Source of the DNA: Candidatus Woesearchaeota archaeon
GTDB lineage: Archaea > Nanobdellota > Nanobdellia > SCGC-AAA011-G17 > JACPNG01
DNA length: 64,000 bases
Assembly: GCA_016185615.1 (NCBI GenBank)
Contig: JACPNE010000003.1
Coordinates: forward strand, 6,265 to 70,264
Direction of reading: 5' to 3'
A program made the translations under genes and the position numbers. Of this stretch, positions 57,716 through 64,000 are shown piece by piece. Numbering within the stretch: the stretch's first letter is position 1; the number at the start of each line of letters is the position of its first letter. The notes beneath the pieces were generated by a model. That model saw only the letters and a list, made by a program, of their open reading frames with translations. It was not told the DNA's origin and searched no databases.

Positions 57716-58280
57716 CTGCGCCTTTTAAGTTAAAGCTTACTTTATCACCAATTTTAAAATTCTTCGAAATTCCACCAGTATTGACTGTCTTTGACTCCTG
57801 TGAGATACAATTGTCATAATTATCTACGATTATTGGGAAACAAAAATTAATAAATAGAACATCTTTTGAGATGAAATTATTTAACGAGGTTATCTTACCC
57901 TCTTTCAATATTTTTATTGGCCAAGTAACTTCAACAACCAAATCTTTATTTGGCCTTAGAGTAGATTCTACATTAGTTAATTCTCCTACTTCTATATTAT
58001 AATTTACAAATCTAGAAAAATCATTGCATTTTAAAGGTAAATTAGTTTTAACATAATCTTCTAAGCTAGATTTAAAATTATCAGATTTAACTGCAATCCC
58101 TTGTCCTACCTTAACAACATCATCTAAACATCCTTGAATGTAAGATTCGACATCCGGAAATTCTTCAGGTTGAATATTAATTAATGAGATTTTTCCGCCA
58201 ATAAAATAAAAAATAGCTATAACTGCTAATAATACAATGCCCAATATTATGAAGATTGTAGTCTGTCCTCTTTTTTGCAT
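57693..58280 (-). CDS. Class III signal pilin-like protein
   Basis: KRG|QTTIFIILGIVL; V..YIQGCL motif similar to 1411-3381. Confidence 0.78.
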   Translation of the reverse strand: MQKRGQTTIFIILGIVLLAVIAIFYFIGGKISLINIQPEEFPDVESYIQGCLDDVVKVGQGIAVKSDNFKSSLEDYVKTNLPLKCNDFSRFVNYNIEVGELTNVESTLRPNKDLVVEVTWPIKILKEGKITSLNNFISKDVLFINFCFPIIVDNYDNCISQESKTVNTGGISKNFKIGDKVSFNLKGAGDVCVAC

Positions 58281-58326
58281 ATATTTATTTAGGATAATGA
58301 TTATTTAAATATAACGAAGATATTAA

Positions 58327-61300
58327 TTAGAACCATTTATTCAATCCTTCTTGTTTATCATCATCCTTGCCAAATACACCCTCTATTCTTCGTTTTGTCA
58401 ATTCTAAGGATTGTTTTAGATAAGTTGAAACATTATAGCGCTCAGCTAACTGCATACTTGGCTCCAAGTATTTAATAATACTTCCTTCAGAAATAGTAAA
58501 TAGAATTTTACCATTACAATTAGGGCATTTCCCAACTAAGGGTGGTCTTCTAAATTTTTCATTGCAATCAACGCATCTGAATTGTTGTGATGAGAATTTT
58601 CTAAGATTACCTTTAATATCCCTTATAAAATGCCTCTCTATAGTCAATCTTGCAACATCCGCCTCATCAACAGCCCTTATCTTATTTGCTATCTCCATCT
58701 GTCCAAGAACTTTATCCATCATAGATGGAATATTTTTGTAAGCACTGCAAAGAACACCAATATTAAGATTAGATATATTGTGTGTAAATCCCCAATTTTC
58801 AAACTGTCCTTCTTTTCCTAATCTCTTCCTTAATTGTTCTATCTCAATTTCCCATGGGTCTTTATATTGTTGGGCTGCCTCATATAATTTTAATGGATAC
58901 TCCCAAACTAAGTCCATATCAAATATCATATCATCTACTTCGCTAGGAGTTAATATAGATGTTAAAACTAAGGGGGTATCTTGTGTTGCTCCTCTGCTAT
59001 TTGGTAAATAATGTCTGGAAAAGTTCAATAATGAGTCCATTAATAACATGACACAATTCTCATCGCCCTCGCAATCTCTTCTCTGGGCAGAATGCCATAA
59101 TGGGTGAGCAAAACATCCCTGGGTTTTACTAAATCCGATTATTCTTCCTATAATGGATGCACTTATGTGTGGTGCTAATCCAATAACTAAATGTCCAATT
59201 AGGTCTTCTCTTGTAGTAATCTTATAAAACTTGTCTAGTCCATAAAGTTGTACTAATAAATCATCAATATAGTTTGCTACCCTAGTAAGAACTTTATCTG
59301 CTCCTTCTTCATTTGAGACTTCGCATGCAGGTAATATAATATCTTGCGGTTTTATCTCTAACAATTGTTCTTCATTCGAAATCTCATTTCCATAAATATC
59401 CTTTTCATACCCTAACTCTTTTAATTTTTCAATAGTTGTAAAAATTTCTTTTGGTTTAAAATGAGTTATTGGCATCTCAGTCATGTCATATCTTATTGTG
59501 CCATCCTTATTTACATTTAAGTTGTATTTTGATCTAAGAATTCCTTTTACCATATTTTCGGGAATATGCTCTTTATTTGAAGTTCCTCTTACTCCCTTTA
59601 TTATTCCCGGATATTCAGTTAATCCAACTTTTTTTAGTGCGTATTTGAAATAATAGTCAACATCAACATTAATTTTTCCAAATCCTTTAAACTCTAATTT
59701 TTCTCCACAAATTTCACACTTAGGATAAATTGTTTGTTTGTTACATTTTTTACAAAAGTAGTTAGAAAATTCTGCTGTTACCTTTCCTTTGGTTAATGCT
59801 GTCTGTAAATTTCTCATCCTCCCGCCTTGTTCTCCGACAGGAAATAACATGTGTGGATTTCCAGTTAATTTTCTAAGTTTTGCTTTTTCAGGTCTTCCCA
59901 TTCTTGCACCAATGAAAGTTCCTGATTTATCTCTAATATTAATTCCAGAAATCTTATTTATATTTTCTAAAGTATTATTTGATATATTATCTAAATTATT
60001 TAGATTGATAAGGTGATATAAAGTATATGCATCATCATCTTCTATAGCAACATATTCCCTTTCAATGACTCTATGTGGAATTCCAAGTAATTCTAAGACT
60101 CTCTTTGGGTCTCTATCTTTTATCTCTGAAGTAAGATCATAAACAAAGGGTAATAATATTTTTTCTTCATTAAGACTTCCTTCTTTATACCAATTAATAA
60201 AACTCTTGAATTGCTCAATATCTATGTCATTCCAATGATATGTATATCTTGGATGTAATGAGACATTATACTTTTTTGATAATTCAAATGATTGCTTTGC
60301 AGTTATCTTGTAAAATCTATCTTGTTTTAATTTTTCTATTAATTCATCTTCTGGATTTAATTGTTTTAGTTCTTGTAAATACCACTCTTCGTTATAACCA
60401 CAAGGAACTAATCTGTGTCCTCTATTAAAGAACTCACCATAATTAACCAAGAAGTCCCCTAAAAATAAGATCTCCTCAACTTGATTTTTGTATAATCTAG
60501 CTTCTTCTTCTGTATTAACAAATATAACGTTTCCATTTTTTAATTTAACAATTGGTCCTTCAATCGTATCACATGGTTCCATAGCACTACTTTTTCCTGG
60601 TCTTTCATATCTCAGCTGTGTTCCAGTAGCAATATAATCATCCAACAAAATCATGGTGGCTGGATGTATTGCCATACTACTCAATCCAGAAATTCTGCTT
60701 CTTCCATATCTCAATCTAAACCCACCCACCCTTAAAGGGTGTGTTAATATTGGTCTGCCAGCAACTAAATCTTTTATATAATTATAATCTGGAGAAACCT
60801 TTCTTGTATCATCTTTTTTTACTTCTTTTCCCTTGGATCTTATCTTCTTTTGTAATGTTATAAAATCATTAATATAATCCCAGTGTTTTAATCCAAATTC
60901 ATCTTTCCATTTGAACATATTCTTCCACATCTTCGGAGCCTTTTGTGCTAATCCCTCTCCTAAAACCAAACATGGACCATTTCTGATGAAATTTGTTTCA
61001 ATTCTTGGAAGATTTTTATAATTGCTGACTTCTATCTTTTCTGATGGGTCTCCAGAAATTTGTAATGATAGATTTCTTACTAAAAATTCTATTTCTTGTT
61101 CGCTTGGAAGATACTGTAGATTTGTTGCACGCTCATGATAATCATATAATTCGGTTATCATTCTTTTTACTTCTTCTTCTGTGGGGTCATATGGTTCATA
61201 GCCCATATTTTTCCTAACATAATCTGCTGATAATAATGTTCCACATATAATTGTAGTTCCTGCACTTCTTATTGGTCCAGAAAACATCAAACAAAAATAT

Positions 61301-61725
61301 TCTTTTCCATCATTTCTTTGTTTTATTTTCAATTCAACAAAACCTTCTAATGGGCTTGAAACAACCCCAGAAGTTAAGTAAGCTAAAGCTACTCTTATTC
61401 CTACTTCCATTGCCTCTTTTTTATCTTTAAATTTACAGAATTTCTCTTGTGCAACTTCTAAAGCAATTTTTAATGCTACTCTCCAGTCTAATTTATTATA
61501 TTCATTTTCCAATTCAAGAATTCTATCAGTCATGCCGCTATTCTTAATTTGGGGGGCAACAGTACTTATTATTCCCTCTACCCTCTCTACCATATTTCTT
61601 GCTAAGATTATCTCTGCTTTTACTTCTGGATCATAACCTAAGATTCTTGCTTTATTAGCTAATTCATAACATGATTTTACGTTTCTTTCAATTTCATCAA
61701 AATATTCATTTATCATTTTCACCAA
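58327..61725 (-). CDS. polC: DNA polymerase D large subunit DP2
   Basis: GPIRSAG, GGFRLRYGRSR, FIGARMGRPEKAK, KDGTIRYD, C-terminal Zn finger; no intein. Confidence 0.97.
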   Translation of the reverse strand: MVKMINEYFDEIERNVKSCYELANKARILGYDPEVKAEIILARNMVERVEGIISTVAPQIKNSGMTDRILELENEYNKLDWRVALKIALEVAQEKFCKFKDKKEAMEVGIRVALAYLTSGVVSSPLEGFVELKIKQRNDGKEYFCLMFSGPIRSAGTTIICGTLLSADYVRKNMGYEPYDPTEEEVKRMITELYDYHERATNLQYLPSEQEIEFLVRNLSLQISGDPSEKIEVSNYKNLPRIETNFIRNGPCLVLGEGLAQKAPKMWKNMFKWKDEFGLKHWDYINDFITLQKKIRSKGKEVKKDDTRKVSPDYNYIKDLVAGRPILTHPLRVGGFRLRYGRSRISGLSSMAIHPATMILLDDYIATGTQLRYERPGKSSAMEPCDTIEGPIVKLKNGNVIFVNTEEEARLYKNQVEEILFLGDFLVNYGEFFNRGHRLVPCGYNEEWYLQELKQLNPEDELIEKLKQDRFYKITAKQSFELSKKYNVSLHPRYTYHWNDIDIEQFKSFINWYKEGSLNEEKILLPFVYDLTSEIKDRDPKRVLELLGIPHRVIEREYVAIEDDDAYTLYHLINLNNLDNISNNTLENINKISGINIRDKSGTFIGARMGRPEKAKLRKLTGNPHMLFPVGEQGGRMRNLQTALTKGKVTAEFSNYFCKKCNKQTIYPKCEICGEKLEFKGFGKINVDVDYYFKYALKKVGLTEYPGIIKGVRGTSNKEHIPENMVKGILRSKYNLNVNKDGTIRYDMTEMPITHFKPKEIFTTIEKLKELGYEKDIYGNEISNEEQLLEIKPQDIILPACEVSNEEGADKVLTRVANYIDDLLVQLYGLDKFYKITTREDLIGHLVIGLAPHISASIIGRIIGFSKTQGCFAHPLWHSAQRRDCEGDENCVMLLMDSLLNFSRHYLPNSRGATQDTPLVLTSILTPSEVDDMIFDMDLVWEYPLKLYEAAQQYKDPWEIEIEQLRKRLGKEGQFENWGFTHNISNLNIGVLCSAYKNIPSMMDKVLGQMEIANKIRAVDEADVARLTIERHFIRDIKGNLRKFSSQQFRCVDCNEKFRRPPLVGKCPNCNGKILFTISEGSIIKYLEPSMQLAERYNVSTYLKQSLELTKRRIEGVFGKDDDKQEGLNKWF

Positions 61726-63157
61726 AATTGATCATACTTACTTCTCTTGTTTTTAGATTTACAATTTGCACCCTTGAAGGCAAAGGATTGTTCCCCATCT
61801 TCTCCTGATAAGGGGTTTTTCCCTGCCAGCATGAACAATTGATTATTGTAGTTCCATTATATGTTAAAGAATCTGGCCTGTGCATCTCACCCAGTACAAA
61901 AAAATCAGGTATGTTATCAATAACTAGTGGATCATCATCTTTGTATGGAACATAAACATTTGATCCATGCGTAGGGGCTAGATGTCTTTTTTGAAGCAAA
62001 AATTTAGAAGCAATACTTGCATTATCTCGAGCATTTCCTAATCTAAGGCTTTCCACATTATCAATAAAATAATGCATACTATTCCCATGGTACATCAAAA
62101 CATTAAAACCTTCAAAATTATCTGATGAGTGAATATTAACTATGGCAGGATTGCTTACTAAAAATGTATTCGGAAGTGCCCATATGTTTTTTGCCATGTC
62201 CTTATCAAGAAATGGTTGTGGTTCACTTAATCTTAGAGCATCATGATTTCCTGGACAGATAATTAAATTAATATCACTTCTTATTTTGCTTAAGTAACAA
62301 GCCAATTGATCATATTGTTTTCTAACATCCAGAATATTAAGTTCTAAATCTTGGTCTGGATAGATCCCAACACCATCAACTAAATCTCCGACAATGAAGA
62401 GATATTTCGTTTTCGCTGCAATATTCTTTTGTCTGTCATCTCCTAACTCCAGATTTATCCATTTCAGGAATTTCTCAAATTCATCTTTCAAGAAAACTTT
62501 ATTCCCGATATGAATATCACTTATAAAAATTGTATAAACCTCTTCTTCAGCTTTCTTTAATTCATTGGTGTGTGGCATATCTGGGAAATAAATTTCGTTA
62601 ACAAATAAAGTTTTATTTCTCATAAATCCTTTAACAGCTATAACCTCATCAAGGACAATATTCTTTGCTATTTCAAAACATTCTTTTTCTGGATTAACAA
62701 CTACTGGAATGCTCCCAGTTGGATCTTCTAATTTTATTGAGATGTTTCCATTCTTTGTTGGGGTTTTATCAAAAACTAATCCTATAAAAGAAACATTTTG
62801 ATTATTCTTTTCTATTCCTTTGCTAATAGAAATTACATCCTGTAAATCCTGTCTATTTGATAGAATATCTTTTATTTTATTATATCTTGCTTTAAAATGT
62901 GATACAAAATCTTTCACTTCTCTTTTTTGTGAATCAGCATTATGACTTTTTATAATCTTAATTCTTCTTTCAGCAGAATCTATCTTAATATCTTCATTAA
63001 CTTCTTTATTTTTGTCTAATAACTCTTTTGTCAATACAATTATTTTATCATAATTTTTTTCATCGATTAAATCAGAATAATTTTCTTCAATCTCACTGAT
63101 AATCTCGGGGCTCAAAAGAATTTTTTTGTCCATGAAATATTTTATTACTTCCTTCAT
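61706..63157 (-). CDS. polB: DNA polymerase D small subunit DP1
   Basis: OB fold (LEDPTG), SDIH, GDLVDG.GIYP.Q, PGNHD, RHLAPTHG. Confidence 0.95.
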   Translation of the reverse strand: MKEVIKYFMDKKILLSPEIISEIEENYSDLIDEKNYDKIIVLTKELLDKNKEVNEDIKIDSAERRIKIIKSHNADSQKREVKDFVSHFKARYNKIKDILSNRQDLQDVISISKGIEKNNQNVSFIGLVFDKTPTKNGNISIKLEDPTGSIPVVVNPEKECFEIAKNIVLDEVIAVKGFMRNKTLFVNEIYFPDMPHTNELKKAEEEVYTIFISDIHIGNKVFLKDEFEKFLKWINLELGDDRQKNIAAKTKYLFIVGDLVDGVGIYPDQDLELNILDVRKQYDQLACYLSKIRSDINLIICPGNHDALRLSEPQPFLDKDMAKNIWALPNTFLVSNPAIVNIHSSDNFEGFNVLMYHGNSMHYFIDNVESLRLGNARDNASIASKFLLQKRHLAPTHGSNVYVPYKDDDPLVIDNIPDFFVLGEMHRPDSLTYNGTTIINCSCWQGKTPYQEKMGNNPLPSRVQIVNLKTREVSMINFGENDK

Positions 63158-64000
63158 AGACCTAATCCTTCTTTTAATGTATCGTTTATTTTTGGAATTG
63201 TAGAAGACGGGATTGCTAGTCTAATCTCCCTTGTTCTTCCGTATCTTCCCTTGCTTATCACCTTAGCATTTATTATTCCAAGCATATCTAATTCTGCTAT
63301 TATATCTGAAACCCTTCTCTGTGTTAATGGTTTTAATCCACAGCTTTGGCATGCATCTTTGTAAACTTCATAAATATCTCCCGTAAAGATTGGATGTCCA
63401 TTATTATTAGTATTTGAACAAACACTGAAAATTGAGTATAAAGTAAGTTTGAATTGTTTTGGTTGTGAGTTAACCTGTTCTAAAACCCTGTCTCTCTCTA
63501 TTTTATCTTCTGCCTCATCTATGTGCTCAACTTTTATTTTATTCTCATTTTTTCTCTCACTAATCTCTCCCGCAACCCTCAACAATTCTAGCGCTCTTCT
63601 AGCATCACCATGATCACGAGCGGCATATGCGGCACATTTCTCTATTACTCCTTCATCTATTACATCTTTTCTAAATGCTAATTTTGCTCTTTGTCTTAAT
63701 ATTCCTTGTAATTGCATTGCATTATATGGTGGGAAAACTAATTCTTCTTCACTTAAACTGCTTTTTACCCTCGGATCTATATTATCAACAAACAATAAGT
63801 CGTTGCTTATTCCTATCAAAGTAACCTCACTATTTGTCAATTCTGTATTTAATCTTGTTAGATTATATAATATTTCATCTCCTGTCTTATGAACAAGTTG
63901 ATCTATTTCGTCTAAGATTAAGATAAGTAATAATTTTTCTTTGTCTACTTGTTTAACAAATAGTTTGTATATCTCCTCTGTTGGCAATCCTGTTGCCGGA
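63154..64000 (-). CDS. cdc6: Cdc6/Orc1 initiator (C-terminal part; 5' end outside window)
   Basis: ILDEID, DPRVKSSL, FPPYNA.QL, HGDARRAL, winged-helix SKGRYGRTR. Confidence 0.95.
   Translation of the reverse strand, partial: PATGLPTEEIYKLFVKQVDKEKLLLILILDEIDQLVHKTGDEILYNLTRLNTELTNSEVTLIGISNDLLFVDNIDPRVKSSLSEEELVFPPYNAMQLQGILRQRAKLAFRKDVIDEGVIEKCAAYAARDHGDARRALELLRVAGEISERKNENKIKVEHIDEAEDKIERDRVLEQVNSQPKQFKLTLYSIFSVCSNTNNNGHPIFTGDIYEVYKDACQSCGLKPLTQRRVSDIIAELDMLGIINAKVISKGRYGRTREIRLAIPSSTIPKINDTLKEGLGL

Noticed and set aside
5226..60428. Numerous 60-140 aa Ser/Phe/Ile-rich ORFs opposite real genes
   Set aside because: Composition typical of antisense frames of AT-rich Lys/Glu-rich genes; no motifs.
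58327..64000. Inteins in DP2/Cdc6 and a replication origin near cdc6
   Set aside because: The visible coding regions have no insertions; the cdc6 upstream region is outside the window and no ORB repeats were seen.

Overview
AT-rich, gene-dense window from an archaeal chromosome. The gene content (PolD DP1/DP2 next to cdc6, RadA, GINS, GAN, aIF2-alpha, BHB tRNA introns, many KKG/KRG-leader secreted proteins, almost no metabolism) suggests a DPANN archaeon, probably Woesearchaeota-like; this assignment is inference. Housekeeping blocks cover translation, SRP, replication, repair and four tRNAs. They flank an approximately 15 kb minus-strand type IV/Tad-like pilus locus (27526-42308): assembly ATPase, TadB/C-type platform, about 10 class III signal-peptide proteins including three micro-pilin candidates missed by the ORF track, and lipoprotein-family proteins, with a prepilin peptidase at 21.5 kb. 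The main signal is that two pilin-like subunits in one coupled operon carry bacterial peptidoglycan-degrading domains with intact motifs (a lytic transglycosylase and an M23 endopeptidase). This suggests a pilus that attacks bacterial cell walls. Secondary signals: structured 5' leaders before the putative ssb-radA unit and rps15, an RHH micro-gene with a palindromic operator, an eS1 gene running into tRNA-Thr, and several enzymes with altered catalytic motifs. All calls are from motif recognition by eye; no database search was run.
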